A DNA stretch of 64,000 nucleotides from Thermodesulfobacteriota bacterium (GTDB taxonomy: Bacteria > Desulfobacterota > Binatia > Bin18): the NCBI GenBank assembly GCA_964291405.2, contig OZ219926.1, positions 1,024,001 to 1,088,000 of the forward strand. Reading direction: 5' to 3'. Position 1 is the stretch's first letter. The number at the start of each line of letters is the position of its first letter. Both the position numbers and the translations under genes were made by a program. Below the pieces are notes generated by a model. That model was not told where the DNA came from. It saw nothing but the letters and a program-made list of their open reading frames with translations, and made no database searches. Below are positions 38,670 through 51,935 of the stretch, one piece after another.

Positions 38670-39728
38670 TTAGCCAAAAACGCGCAGCCAACTCTGGCCG
38701 CCGTCCGTCGTGCGTAAGATGGCTCCATATCCCCCCACAATCCAGCCATGGTCAGCATCGTAGAAATCAACCGCCCGCAGCCAGGTTGCGATGGGCATAC
38801 CAACACTCGTCGGTTGCCATTCTCCACTCTGAAGGCGCAGGACCCGACCAGCTCCGCCCACGATCCAGCCACCGTCGCCAGCGCCTATTAAATGCGGCGC
38901 GTATAACGGTTCCGTATCGAACAGGGCTCCATCGGCTTGCCCGATAAAGGTCCAGTGCTGGCCGGCATTGGCGGTTGTCGCAACCTTCCCCTCAAGTCCG
39001 ACAACTACCCCAGTGTTCGCATCGGAAAAGGAGATCCCGAAGAACGTAGGGAGGTTCAAGGCATCGCTGAATCCGGCCTGTCCGAGCAGGCTGTTCTGCT
39101 GCTCTCCCCAGTTCTGCCCGCCGTCCGTGGTATGGTAAATCTTGCCAAACTCGCCCACGATCCAGCCCGTATTTTCATCCAGAAACTGCACATCGTAGAA
39201 GATGGGGTCCACCAGGGCCAGGGTGGCATCCGCTCCGACTCCTTCGAGCGAGGGCTGGATATAGCCCGACTCCCAGGACTCTCCGCCGTTTGTGGTTTTC
39301 AGGTAGGTTGCCCGGTCGGCCGCGGCCCAGCCGTGGCGGGTATCGATAAAAGAAATCCCGAATATCGGATCGCTCAGTTGGCTGTCCTGCGGCTGCCAGG
39401 TCTCGCCCCCGTCCGTGGAGTGCAGCATGACGCCGTCCTGTCCACTGATCCAGCCATGCCGGTCGTCAGGAAACGCAATGCTGTACAGGGCGGCATTGGT
39501 CCCGCTGTCCTTGGCCTGCCAGCTTTGGCCGCCATCGGTGGTGAGGAGGATTTTCCCTGCATAGCCGACGACCACGGCTTTCTCGGCCGAGAGGGCTTCC
39601 ACATCAAAAAATTTATCCGTCAGCGCAATCAGATTGGTACTCAGCGGAACTTCCTCAACCGCGTCACGGCACGCTGAGAAGGCGCTCAGGATACAGACAA
39701 GGATGCACAGGAGAGGTATTCGTCGCAT
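38670..39728 (-). CDS. YCF48-related BNR-repeat beta-propeller lipoprotein
   Basis: repeated T-x-DGG-x-[ST]-W Asp boxes; lipobox-like FSAC. Confidence 0.88.
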   Translation of the reverse strand: MRRIPLLCILVCILSAFSACRDAVEEVPLSTNLIALTDKFFDVEALSAEKAVVVGYAGKILLTTDGGQSWQAKDSGTNAALYSIAFPDDRHGWISGQDGVMLHSTDGGETWQPQDSQLSDPIFGISFIDTRHGWAAADRATYLKTTNGGESWESGYIQPSLEGVGADATLALVDPIFYDVQFLDENTGWIVGEFGKIYHTTDGGQNWGEQQNSLLGQAGFSDALNLPTFFGISFSDANTGVVVGLEGKVATTANAGQHWTFIGQADGALFDTEPLYAPHLIGAGDGGWIVGGAGRVLRLQSGEWQPTSVGMPIATWLRAVDFYDADHGWIVGGYGAILRTTDGGQSWLRVFG

Positions 39729-39892
39729 ATCGGCCTGCTTCCGCTGGCTGAACCCACTGTCTACTCTCTTCCCCCACGCTTTGCAACGTGGCTGCGAGCG
39801 GCTGTCCGTTCCACCGCCCTTCCGATTGAGCTGGGATTTGGTATAATCCCGCGCGCAAGAAATCGGCACACCATGAGAGGTAAGGAGAGAAT

Positions 39893-42121
39893 ATGACCCT
39901 GGCAAAAATTACGTGGACCCAGATTGATGAAGCCCCGGCATTAGCAACCTTCGCGCTCCTCCCTATCATCCAGGCGTATACCAAAGGGTCGGGTATTGAG
40001 GTGGAAACCAGCGATATTTCCCTGGCTGGCAGAATCATCGCCAACTTTCCCGACAAGCTGACTGAGGAGCAAAAAATTCCCGACTGTCTGAGCCAACTCG
40101 GAGAGATGACGCAAACATCCCAGGCGAATATCGTCAAGCTGCCCAATATCAGCGCGACCATTCCCCAACTCAAAGACGCGATCAAAGAGTTGCAGGCCAA
40201 AGGCTACGATATCCCCGATTATCCGGAAGAGCCCCAAAACGACGCGGAGCGGGCGCTCCAGGCCCGTTTTGCCGTGGTCCTTGGCTCGGCCGTCAATCCG
40301 GTGCTGCGGGAAGGCAACTCCGACCGTAGGGCGGCCGCTTCGGTCAAAAAATTCTTTCAGAAGAATCCCCACAAGATGATGCAGCAGTGGCCGGAGAGCG
40401 GCTCCAAGGCCCGGGTGGCCCATATGCAGGGCAGGGATTTCTACGAGAGCGAAAAATCGACCACCCTGGAGGCCGCAACCCAGGCACGGATCGAATTTGT
40501 TGCCGGAGACGGCAGCGTGACCGTGCTGAAAGACGGTCTGGCCCTGCTTGAGGGCGAAGTTATTGATGCCTCGGTCATGAACGTTAAGTCCCTGCGCGCC
40601 TTCTATGCCGAGCAGATGGACGCGGCCAAGAACGACGGGGTGTTGCTGTCCTTGCACCTCAAATCGACCATGATGAAAGTCTCCGACCCCATCATGTTCG
40701 GCCACTGTGTGTCCGTCTATTTCCAGGACGCGCTCGATAAGCACGCCGAGGCGCTTAAAGAAATCGGGGCGAACGTCAACTACGGCCTGGCCGATGTGCT
40801 GGCCAAGCTCGACCGCCTGCCGGCCGAGAAAAAAGCTGAGATCGAAGCCGATATTGCCGCGGTGTATGAAAAGCGACCGGCGCTGGCAATGGTCAACGCC
40901 CGCCGCGGCATCACCAATTTGCACGTGCCGAATGACATCATCATCGACGCCTCCATGCCGAACGTGGTGCGTGACGGCGGCAGGATGTGGAATAAGAACG
41001 ACGAACTCCAAGACACTATCGCCATGGTGCCGGACCGCTGCTACGCGACCATGTATAAGGAAATTCTGGAAAACGCCAAGCAGCACGGGCAGTTCGACCC
41101 GGCAACCATGGGCAACGTCTCCAACGTCGGGTTGATGGCCCAGAAAGCCGAAGAGTACGGCTCGCACGACAAGACCTTTGAAGCCCCGGCTGACGGCACC
41201 ATACGCGTTGTGGATGCGGCCGGGACCACTCTGCTTGAGCAGTCTGTCGAAGTCGGCGATATCTTCAGAATGAGCCAGACCAAGGATGCCCCGATCCGCG
41301 ACTGGGTCCGCCTGGCGGTGTCACGCGCAAAGGCCTCCGGGTCACCGGCGATTTTCTGGCTGGACGAGAACCGCGGGCACGATACGCAAATCCTCAAGAA
41401 GCTCAATGCCTATCTGCCGGAGCACGACACCACGGGTCTGGACCTGCGCGTGATGAAACCGCAGGAGGCCATGCGCCTTTCCCTGGAACGGATCCGGAGA
41501 GGAGAAAACACGATTGCGGTGACGGGCAACGTCCTGCGTGACTATCTGACCGACCTGTTCCCGATTCTTGAGCTGGGCACCAGCGCCCGGATGCTGTCGA
41601 TCGTGCCGCTGATGAAAGGCGGCGGCCTGTTTGAGACCGGCGCGGGGGGCTCTGCTCCCAAGCATGTGCAGCAGTTCGTGCAAGAAGGGCACCTCAGATG
41701 GGATTCGCTTGGCGAATACTGTGCCCTGGTACCCTCGCTTGAGCTGATCGCGGCAAACACCAAGAATGAAAAAGCTGCGCTGTTTGCGGAGACGCTGGAT
41801 CAGGCCATCAGCACCTACCTGGAGAACTCGCGCTCTCCATCCCGTAAGGTGAACGAAATCGACAATCGGGGCAGCACCTTCTATCTGGCCCTATACTGGG
41901 CTCAGGCCCTGGCCGCCCAGACCAAAGATACAGCCATACAGGCCCGCTTTGCCGGGGTGGCAAAACAGCTCGAAGAGCAGGAAGCCACGATTACCGCAGA
42001 ACTGCTGGCCGCCCAAGGCGAGCCGGTCGATATCGGCGGCTATTACGTGCCCGACCCGGAAAAGACCAGCCAAGCCATGCGGCCCAGCGCGACCTTTAAC
42101 ACCATTATTGACGCGTTATAA
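39893..42121 (+). CDS. icd: monomeric NADP-dependent isocitrate dehydrogenase
   Basis: [43 protein letters not shown]; 742 aa. Confidence 0.98.
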   Translation: MTLAKITWTQIDEAPALATFALLPIIQAYTKGSGIEVETSDISLAGRIIANFPDKLTEEQKIPDCLSQLGEMTQTSQANIVKLPNISATIPQLKDAIKELQAKGYDIPDYPEEPQNDAERALQARFAVVLGSAVNPVLREGNSDRRAAASVKKFFQKNPHKMMQQWPESGSKARVAHMQGRDFYESEKSTTLEAATQARIEFVAGDGSVTVLKDGLALLEGEVIDASVMNVKSLRAFYAEQMDAAKNDGVLLSLHLKSTMMKVSDPIMFGHCVSVYFQDALDKHAEALKEIGANVNYGLADVLAKLDRLPAEKKAEIEADIAAVYEKRPALAMVNARRGITNLHVPNDIIIDASMPNVVRDGGRMWNKNDELQDTIAMVPDRCYATMYKEILENAKQHGQFDPATMGNVSNVGLMAQKAEEYGSHDKTFEAPADGTIRVVDAAGTTLLEQSVEVGDIFRMSQTKDAPIRDWVRLAVSRAKASGSPAIFWLDENRGHDTQILKKLNAYLPEHDTTGLDLRVMKPQEAMRLSLERIRRGENTIAVTGNVLRDYLTDLFPILELGTSARMLSIVPLMKGGGLFETGAGGSAPKHVQQFVQEGHLRWDSLGEYCALVPSLELIAANTKNEKAALFAETLDQAISTYLENSRSPSRKVNEIDNRGSTFYLALYWAQALAAQTKDTAIQARFAGVAKQLEEQEATITAELLAAQGEPVDIGGYYVPDPEKTSQAMRPSATFNTIIDAL

Positions 42122-42194
42122 ACTCCAACTTGATCTGTTTATAGAAGACGGAAGGGGGGAGAACGTATGCCCCTCCTCCTCTACTAGCAGATTC

Positions 42195-43172
42195 TCAGTC
42201 GCGCGCCGCTGCCCGGCGCAAGCGGTCCATGATTGCCCGACCCATACCGGTCTCAGGAACGGATTCGATGATGACTCGATCCAGTCCGGAAGTGTCCAGC
42301 CGCCGGAGCGCGGCAAACAGGTGGGCCGCCGCATCGAGCAGATTCCCGTCCTCTGACAGCGCTTCCGTTACTGTATAGCCGCGAGCATCTGATCGAGGGG
42401 TAAGACTGAGCAGCCCGAGCCGTTCTCCAGCCTCGGGCTGAGGCAAGGCGTCCCCAGGTCTCAGTAGGAGAACAGGGACGCGCGGCGCATAATGCGACAG
42501 CAGCGTTCCGGGTGAACGCCTATCCGTTTGCTCTGGCTCCCCCAGGCGGACCGGGCCGATGACCGACTCGATCTGTTCGAGCGTTACTCCTCCGGGCCGG
42601 AGCAGCACGGCCTGTTGCTCGGTCAGCGCACAGACCGTTGATTCAACGCCGACCGGGCACGGACCACCATCAATGATCAGATCAACCTGGTCCCCAAGTG
42701 AGTCACCCACATGCGCCGCGGTCGTCGGGCTGACGTACCCGAACGGGTTGGCACTCGGAGCCGCAATCGGGAAATCGACGGTCCGCAGGAGGGCCAGGGC
42801 AACCGGATGCGACGGCATGCGCAGCGCGACCGTCCCCAGCCCGGCAGTGACCAGGTCCGGAATGACAGGCCGTTTGGGCAGAACAAGCGTCAACGCGCCC
42901 GGCCAGAAAGTATCCATGAGTTGCCGGGCACGTTGATCAAGGGCGGTGGCATATTTTGCAGCGGCTCTTTTGTCTCCAATATGGACAATCAGCGGGTCGA
43001 ACTCGGGCCGGTTCTTGGCGGCAAAGACTTTGGCCACCGCCTTTTCGTTCAGCGCGTTCGCGCCCAGGCCGTAGACGGTTTCCGTGGGGAAGGCCACGAT
43101 CTCTCCGGCCCCGAGCCGTTCGGCCGCGTGCAGAATGGTCCGCGGGTCGTTACCGTCGAGAATGCGGGACAT
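42195..43172 (-). CDS. tsaC: L-threonylcarbamoyladenylate synthase (Sua5 type)
   Basis: AFPTETVYGLGA, KNRP..DPLIVH, APSAN, SPG...SHYAP; C-terminal SUA5 domain. Confidence 0.96.
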   Translation of the reverse strand: MSRILDGNDPRTILHAAERLGAGEIVAFPTETVYGLGANALNEKAVAKVFAAKNRPEFDPLIVHIGDKRAAAKYATALDQRARQLMDTFWPGALTLVLPKRPVIPDLVTAGLGTVALRMPSHPVALALLRTVDFPIAAPSANPFGYVSPTTAAHVGDSLGDQVDLIIDGGPCPVGVESTVCALTEQQAVLLRPGGVTLEQIESVIGPVRLGEPEQTDRRSPGTLLSHYAPRVPVLLLRPGDALPQPEAGERLGLLSLTPRSDARGYTVTEALSEDGNLLDAAAHLFAALRRLDTSGLDRVIIESVPETGMGRAIMDRLRRAAARD

Positions 43173-43192
43173 CGTATTTAGGGATTGGGTAC

Positions 43193-43230
43193 TAGGGGTT
43201 GGGGATTGGGGCCCCAATCCCCAACCCCTA
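43193..43230. repeat. perfect 38-bp G/C-tract palindrome
   Basis: TAGGGGTTGGGGATTGGGG directly followed by its reverse complement. Confidence 0.9.
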
Positions 43231-43234
43231 ATCC

Positions 43235-45253
43235 CTACCCCCCCTCTTCCTCGGGTGTCAGATACGTATAGCTGCCCAGGACGGCTTCGTATTCTCTGAG
43301 CAGGTCTTCCTCCGCTTCGGCAGGGACGCCCGTTTGCTCAGCGCCTTCGCGTATGCGGGTGCGGAATGCGGCGAGGAGTTCTTCTCGTTCGTAGCGAAAA
43401 ATATGGAGAACGTCTTCTACCGTATGGCCCGGAATGATCTCGGCGATCTGCGCCGTACCGTTTTCATCAATCACGACCGAGACATCGTGGACGTGGCCAA
43501 AGAGATTGTGGTAGTCGCCCATGACATCCTGATACGCGCCCGTAAAAAACACCCCCAGATAATACGGCTCCCCGTTCAGGGCGTGGAGTTCCAGATACTC
43601 CTTGATGTCCCGCAGGTCTATAAAATTATCGACCTTGCCGTCCGAGTCGCAGGTGAGGTCCGCCAAATAGCCCTTCCGCTCGGGAATCTCGTTCAGCCGG
43701 TGAATCGGCATGATGGGAAAGAGCTGTTCGAGCGCCCAGGAATCTGGAATGGACTGAAAGACGGAAAAATTACAAATGAATTTATGCGCCAGGCGCTGTT
43801 CCAGGTCTTCAAACTCCTCGGGCATATGCTTGACCGCCTTGGCAAATTTGAGCGCCCGTTCGCACGTGCCCCAGAAGAGTTCCTGACCCAGCCCGCGGTC
43901 CTCCAGGGAGAGATAGCCAAGATTGAAGAGCGAAAACATTTCTTCGCGCTGCTCCAGGATGTCGTGATAATACTCACGGTAGTTCTTGGCGTTCGTCCCG
44001 GTATAGATATCATACATCTCCTGGATGACTTCCGGCCGGCTCTCATAGTCATCGACCCGCACCGGGCCGTTCGAGAGCCCGATTTCATCGACGCTATTGA
44101 AGACCAGCATGGCGTGCGGCGCGGCGATCATCCGTCCGGTTTCCGTCAGCACGGTGGGCTCTTCAACTCCCTCGCTCTCACACACCTCTTTGATCGAGTA
44201 AATAATGTCGTTGGCATACTCCTGGACAGAATAATTGACGCTCGACTCCGAAGCCGTGCGGGAGCCGTCATAATCAATGCCCAGCCCGCCACCCACATCG
44301 AGACAGGTAAGCTGCGGACAGAACTGGCGCAGCTTGGCGTAGGTGCGGGCCGCTTCCTTGACCGCGTACTTCACCCGTCTGATCTCCGTGACCTGTGAGC
44401 CGATGTGAAAGTGCAGCAGGCTCAGACAGTCGAGCATGTCGGCTTCTCGGAGGGAACGAATACATTTGAGGAGGTCTGTTGTGGTGAACCCGAACTTGGA
44501 CAAATCACCGCTCGATTTCTCCCACTTCCCGCTCCCACGGGCCGACAATTTGAGGCGGAGGCCAATACGCGGGCGGACGCCGAAGCGTTGGCTCCACGCC
44601 AGCAGAGCGTGCAGCTCAAAGATGCTCTCCACTACGATAAAGACGCGCTTGCCGATCTGCGTGCCGATCAGAGCCAGTTTGATATAGCCTACGTCCTTCA
44701 CCCCATTGCAGATAATGGGCGAGTGCCGGTTATGGGTCAGCGCCAATGCAACGGCCAGCTCGGCCTTGCTGCCGACCTCAAGACCGACCTGGTACGGGTC
44801 TCCAAAGCGGAGGACATCCCGCACCACCTCTTTTTTCTGATTGACCTTGATGGGATAGGCCGGGATGTAGTCCTTGCGGTAGCCGAATTCCTTGATGGCA
44901 GACTCAAAGGCTCCGGCCAGGATGTTCAGCTGATGCTGGATAATCTGGGGGAAACGCAGCACAACCGGCGTAGCAATGCCCTGGTCTCCGAGTTGGGTAA
45001 CCAAGGCTTTCAGTGGGGTGTGAGCGGGCTGCGACGTGGGGAAGGCACACACGACTTCTCCGTTGTCATTCACCCGGAAGTACTCACTGCCCCAGTTCCG
45101 AATACCGTACAGGGCGATCGTCTCTTCCAGCACCGTTTGGGCAGACAAGGCTCGGCTGTCCACAACCGTCACCTCGGCTCCCCACGCCGGTGTCAGGGAA
45201 AGCTGTCTGGCTTCCTTGGGTTCGCTCTTGGTCAGACGAGTCATGAAAGACAC
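43235..45253 (-). CDS. speA: biosynthetic arginine decarboxylase
   Basis: YPIKVNQ, GLEVGSKAEL, HFHIGSQ, DVGGGLGIDYDGS, DLTCDSDG. Confidence 0.97.
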   Translation of the reverse strand: MSFMTRLTKSEPKEARQLSLTPAWGAEVTVVDSRALSAQTVLEETIALYGIRNWGSEYFRVNDNGEVVCAFPTSQPAHTPLKALVTQLGDQGIATPVVLRFPQIIQHQLNILAGAFESAIKEFGYRKDYIPAYPIKVNQKKEVVRDVLRFGDPYQVGLEVGSKAELAVALALTHNRHSPIICNGVKDVGYIKLALIGTQIGKRVFIVVESIFELHALLAWSQRFGVRPRIGLRLKLSARGSGKWEKSSGDLSKFGFTTTDLLKCIRSLREADMLDCLSLLHFHIGSQVTEIRRVKYAVKEAARTYAKLRQFCPQLTCLDVGGGLGIDYDGSRTASESSVNYSVQEYANDIIYSIKEVCESEGVEEPTVLTETGRMIAAPHAMLVFNSVDEIGLSNGPVRVDDYESRPEVIQEMYDIYTGTNAKNYREYYHDILEQREEMFSLFNLGYLSLEDRGLGQELFWGTCERALKFAKAVKHMPEEFEDLEQRLAHKFICNFSVFQSIPDSWALEQLFPIMPIHRLNEIPERKGYLADLTCDSDGKVDNFIDLRDIKEYLELHALNGEPYYLGVFFTGAYQDVMGDYHNLFGHVHDVSVVIDENGTAQIAEIIPGHTVEDVLHIFRYEREELLAAFRTRIREGAEQTGVPAEAEEDLLREYEAVLGSYTYLTPEEEGG

Positions 45254-45585
45254 CCACCTTAGTCAGTCATATATCTGGTACACTGTTGCTCTCTCAGCAA
45301 AGGAGGGGCAACGAGTTCTATGACAGTTGAGTTGTGACGGATACAGGTAAACTGAAGCTGACGAGTGATACTCGACGGGAGAATTTCACCCAAAGGGGAG
45401 CTACTGCGGAAAAAATAGTGAAAACAATGAGTTCGGCCAATGTTCGGGATCGCAATCTGTCTCTAATTTCCAGCCCGTCCTCCAGCCCGTCCACTTATAT
45501 AGTAATTTTCACATTTCGTGTCAAAAGTTCAGCCGTGAGGGTGGCATTGAGCCCGGAAACGCCATCCCTTACAATTTCTCCCGTC

Positions 45586-46476
45586 ATGACAGCGACCCCT
45601 TCCTCCGCTCACACCCAGCAGGTCATCCTCGGCCTGGTGCAGATGGCGTGTAGCGACCGGCCAAGCGCCAACCTGGACAGGGCTATTGCCGCTATCCAGG
45701 GGGCTGCCCGGCAGGGGGCGCAGATCATCTGTCTCCAGGAATTGTTCGGGTCGCGCTATTTCTGCCAGAGCGAAGATGTTGAGCAGTTCGCCCTGGCCGA
45801 GCCCATCCCCGGACCCACCACCGAGCGCCTGGGCCAACTCGCCGCTGCCCATCAGGTCGTCCTGATCGTACCCGTATTCGAGAAAAGAGCAGAGGGGATT
45901 TTTCATAACACCGCGGTGGTGATCGATGCCGACGGGTCGCTCCTCGGTCAGTACCGCAAGATGCATATCCCGGATGACCCGCTCTATTACGAGAAGTTCT
46001 ACTTTACCCCCGGCGATCTCGGCTTTCGGACCTTCCACACCCGCTACGCGCGGATTGGAGTGCTCATCTGCTGGGACCAATGGTTTCCCGAGGGCGCACG
46101 GCTCACCGCACTGAGCGGCGCCCAGGTCCTGTTTTATCCAACCGCTATTGGCGACCATCCGGACGACGGGGCCGAAGAGCATCAGGCGCAGCGGGAAGCC
46201 TGGCAGATCATGCAACGCAGCCACGCGATCGCCAACGGGCTGTATGTCGCCGCGGTCAACCGCGTCGGCCAGGAAGGGGCGCTCAATTTCTGGGGCACGT
46301 CCTTTGTCAGCGACCCGTTTGGCCGCATCCTCAAGCAGGCGAGTGCCGACGACGAGGAAACCCTGATTGTTCCGTGCGCGCTCGACCGGCTCAACACCAC
46401 GCGCCAGTATTGGCCGTTTTTCCGCGACCGCCGGATTGACGCCTATGCAGACCTGACCCGGCGTTGGGGAGAGTGA
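45586..46476 (+). CDS. aguB: N-carbamoylputrescine amidase (nitrilase family)
   Basis: LQELF, YRKMHIPDDPLYYEKFYF, ICWDQWFPEGAR; next to agmatine deiminase. Confidence 0.92.
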   Translation: MTATPSSAHTQQVILGLVQMACSDRPSANLDRAIAAIQGAARQGAQIICLQELFGSRYFCQSEDVEQFALAEPIPGPTTERLGQLAAAHQVVLIVPVFEKRAEGIFHNTAVVIDADGSLLGQYRKMHIPDDPLYYEKFYFTPGDLGFRTFHTRYARIGVLICWDQWFPEGARLTALSGAQVLFYPTAIGDHPDDGAEEHQAQREAWQIMQRSHAIANGLYVAAVNRVGQEGALNFWGTSFVSDPFGRILKQASADDEETLIVPCALDRLNTTRQYWPFFRDRRIDAYADLTRRWGE

Positions 46477-46484
46477 AGTGAGTG

Positions 46485-46512
46485 GTAGGGGCAATTCATG
46501 AATTGCCCCTAC
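46485..46512. repeat. GTAG-type REP palindrome
   Basis: GTAGGGGCAATTCATGAATTGCCCCTAC, perfect 28-bp palindrome, identical to 56929-56956. Confidence 0.92.
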
Positions 46513-46524
46513 ATTTATCAAAGT

Positions 46525-47622
46525 ATGACCGCCCGCTCACCATTCACCACTCTCCGCTCTCCCACACCCGCCCAGCTCAGCTTTCGGATGCCTGCGGAAT
46601 GGGAGCCGCACGCCGCCACCTGGCTGGCTTGGCCGCATAATCGGGACACTTGGCCCGGCATGGACTCGGCCATTGCCGCGGTATACGTCCAGATGATCGC
46701 CGCCCTGCACCAGGACGAACGGGTGCATATTTGTGTGAATGATCCCGAGACCGCGGGGCGCGTCCACCGTACGCTAGACACCGCCGGAGTGGACCTGGCT
46801 CGTATTGGCATATACGAAATTCCGACCAACGATGCCTGGACCCGGGATCACGGCCCGATCTTTCTGACCCGTCGGCACGGACAGCTGACCGAACTCGGTC
46901 TGACAAACTGGACGTTTAACGCCTGGGGGGCCAAATACCCGCCGTGGGACCTGGACGACCGCGTTCCGGAACGTATCGCCCAGTACCTCAACCTGAGCTC
47001 GTTTACTCCGGGCATGGTGCTTGAGGGCGGGTCCATTGATGTCAACGGCCGGGGCATGCTGCTGACGACCGAGTCCTGCTTACTCAACCCCAATCGCAAT
47101 CCGACGCTCACCCGCTCCGATATTGGGCATATCCTGAGGGAGTTTCTCGGGGTTCACCACATTGGCTGGCTCGGCGAGGGGATCGTTGGAGATGACACAG
47201 ACGGCCATGTGGACGATATTGCCCGGTTCGTCAATCCCACGACCGTGGTGTGTGCGGTCGAAGACGATCCAACCGACATGAACTACAAGCCGCTCCAGGA
47301 CAACCTCCATCGACTGCGGTCCATACGCGACCAGGACGGGCGACCGCTCCGCATTGTGCCGCTCCCCATGCCCGGTCCGGTAGGGGATGACGCCGAACGC
47401 TTACCTGCCAGTTATGCCAATTTCTATATCGCCAATCGCACCGTACTGGTCCCAACCTATGACCATCCCCATGACCGCACCGCTCAGGCCGTCCTCCAAG
47501 AGCTGTTTCCGGGGCGACGCGTCCGAGGAATTCCGTGTCGCGAGCTTGTCGTCGGCCTCGGCGCGTTGCACTGCGTCACCATGCAGCAGCCAGCGTGTGA
47601 CGGGAATTATCGACAGGCGTGA
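46525..47622 (+). CDS. aguA: agmatine deiminase
   Basis: RMPAEWEPH, W.RD.GP, LEGGS, DTDGHVD, GALHCVT.QQP. Confidence 0.95.
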   Translation: MTARSPFTTLRSPTPAQLSFRMPAEWEPHAATWLAWPHNRDTWPGMDSAIAAVYVQMIAALHQDERVHICVNDPETAGRVHRTLDTAGVDLARIGIYEIPTNDAWTRDHGPIFLTRRHGQLTELGLTNWTFNAWGAKYPPWDLDDRVPERIAQYLNLSSFTPGMVLEGGSIDVNGRGMLLTTESCLLNPNRNPTLTRSDIGHILREFLGVHHIGWLGEGIVGDDTDGHVDDIARFVNPTTVVCAVEDDPTDMNYKPLQDNLHRLRSIRDQDGRPLRIVPLPMPGPVGDDAERLPASYANFYIANRTVLVPTYDHPHDRTAQAVLQELFPGRRVRGIPCRELVVGLGALHCVTMQQPACDGNYRQA

Positions 47623-47653
47623 ACATGTACACATCGCGCTCGATCAAGGATAA

Positions 47654-50225
<2,572 letters not shown>

Positions 50226-50342
50226 GGCCGCATCCTACGCCCTGGGGCACAGAAAGCAACGCGCGGGCCGCGACCACGCGGGCTAGAAGCCCGTCCCCCT
50301 AGGTGGTATGACTCGGACGATCCAATACAGAAAGCGAGCGAC

Positions 50343-51908
50343 ATGGAGACGCAATCAAGCTCACAAGCCCTGACTGGTGCGGAAGTTGCCATTCAGACCG
50401 CGGCCGCGGCCGGTATTGATGTATGTTTTGCCAATCCGGGCACGACCGAATTATACCTCGTGCAGGCCCTCGACCGCTGTCCGGGCATCAAACCGGTGCT
50501 GGCGGTTTTTGAGGGCGTGTGTACCGGCGCGGCTGACGGCTATGCGCGGGTCGCCGGCCGCCCGGCCTTGGCCCTGCTCCATCTGGGTCCGGGGCTGGCC
50601 AACGGACAGGCCAATTTGCATAACGCCCGCAAGGCCCACTCGCCCGTGGTGTCCATTGTGGGCGAACACGCCACCTGGCATATTGCCGCCAACGCGCCGC
50701 TGACCGCGGATATTGAAACCCTGGCCCAGCCCATGTCCCAATTCGTCCTGACCGCAAAAAGCCCGGACACGGTCGGGCAGGACATGGCCGAGGTCATTGC
50801 TCGCGCGGCCCAGTTGCCAACCGGCCCGACCACGTTGATTCTGCCGGGCGATATCCAATGGGCAAACGTCAACACTCCACCCGTCCAACCGGAGATTGCC
50901 GCGCCCGCACCGCCGGATGCGGACGAGATCGAACGCGCGGCCCGGGCGCTCCGTGCGGGCCAGACCGCGCTGGTGCTGAGCGGCAGTGCGCTGCGTAGCG
51001 CGGGTCTGCAAGCCGCCGACCGGATCGAACGGGCGACCGGCTGCCGAGTGCTGACGCCGACCTTTCCGCCCATTCAGGATCGCGGCCTCGGCTTGATCTC
51101 CCCGGACAAAATCCCCTACGCGCCGGAACCGGCCAGTCAGCTCCTGGAGCCGTATGAAAACGTCATACTGGCCGGCGCGCACGAACCGGTCGCGTTTTTC
51201 GGCTATCCGAACACCCGCAGCAGTCTGTGCGCAGAGGATGCGCAGCTCATTCAGTTATGCAGCGACACGATCGACCCGGCGACTGCCCTCACCGCGCTCG
51301 CCGATGCGCTTGACGCGCCCGCCGTGCGCACAGCGCTCGCCGTGCCCCGTCCGGAAGTGCCGAGCGGTCCCCTCACCCCGGCCAATATGTGTCGAGCCCT
51401 GGCCGCGGCCCAGCCCGAGGGGGCGATTGTCATGGATGAGGGCGCGACCGCGGGGTTCGCCTATCATGGCATGGCCGGCGGAGCGCCGCCGTTTACGTAT
51501 ATGGCGCTAACGGGCGGCTCTATAGGCCAGGGGCTGCCGTGTGCGGTGGGAGCGGCGGCGGCGGCCCCGGACCGTCCGACCATCTGCCTCGAAGGCGACG
51601 GCTCTTCGCTGTACACCATTCAGTCCTTGTGGACCATGGCCCGCGAGCAACAGAATCTGACCAGTATTATCTGTAAGAACCGAGCCTATTCCATTCTGCG
51701 CTGGGAGTTGGAACGCGCCAAAATGACACCGGGGGAGGCCAGCCTGTCGCTGACGGCGCTCGACTCGCCCGAGTTCGACTTTGTGAAATTGGCCGAGGGC
51801 TTTGGGGTGGAAGGCCGGGCGGTGCATACCACGGAAGAACTCAACGAGGCTCTCCACTCCGCCTTCAAAAACCCAGGGCCGATGCTTATTGAGGCCAATC
51901 TCGAATAG
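50343..51908 (+). CDS. ThDP-dependent enzyme, acetolactate synthase large subunit-like
   Basis: FANPGTTE, AADGYAR, LHLGPGLANG, GDGS...N ThDP motif. Confidence 0.9.
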   Translation: METQSSSQALTGAEVAIQTAAAAGIDVCFANPGTTELYLVQALDRCPGIKPVLAVFEGVCTGAADGYARVAGRPALALLHLGPGLANGQANLHNARKAHSPVVSIVGEHATWHIAANAPLTADIETLAQPMSQFVLTAKSPDTVGQDMAEVIARAAQLPTGPTTLILPGDIQWANVNTPPVQPEIAAPAPPDADEIERAARALRAGQTALVLSGSALRSAGLQAADRIERATGCRVLTPTFPPIQDRGLGLISPDKIPYAPEPASQLLEPYENVILAGAHEPVAFFGYPNTRSSLCAEDAQLIQLCSDTIDPATALTALADALDAPAVRTALAVPRPEVPSGPLTPANMCRALAAAQPEGAIVMDEGATAGFAYHGMAGGAPPFTYMALTGGSIGQGLPCAVGAAAAAPDRPTICLEGDGSSLYTIQSLWTMAREQQNLTSIICKNRAYSILRWELERAKMTPGEASLSLTALDSPEFDFVKLAEGFGVEGRAVHTTEELNEALHSAFKNPGPMLIEANLE

Positions 51909-51935
51909 GAGCGTCGTGCTATCCGCTGAACGATC

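Noticed and set aside
45469-45492. 12-bp tandem duplication TCCAGCCCGTCC in the speA/aguB divergent region
   Set aside because: Only two copies; cannot tell an operator from slippage.
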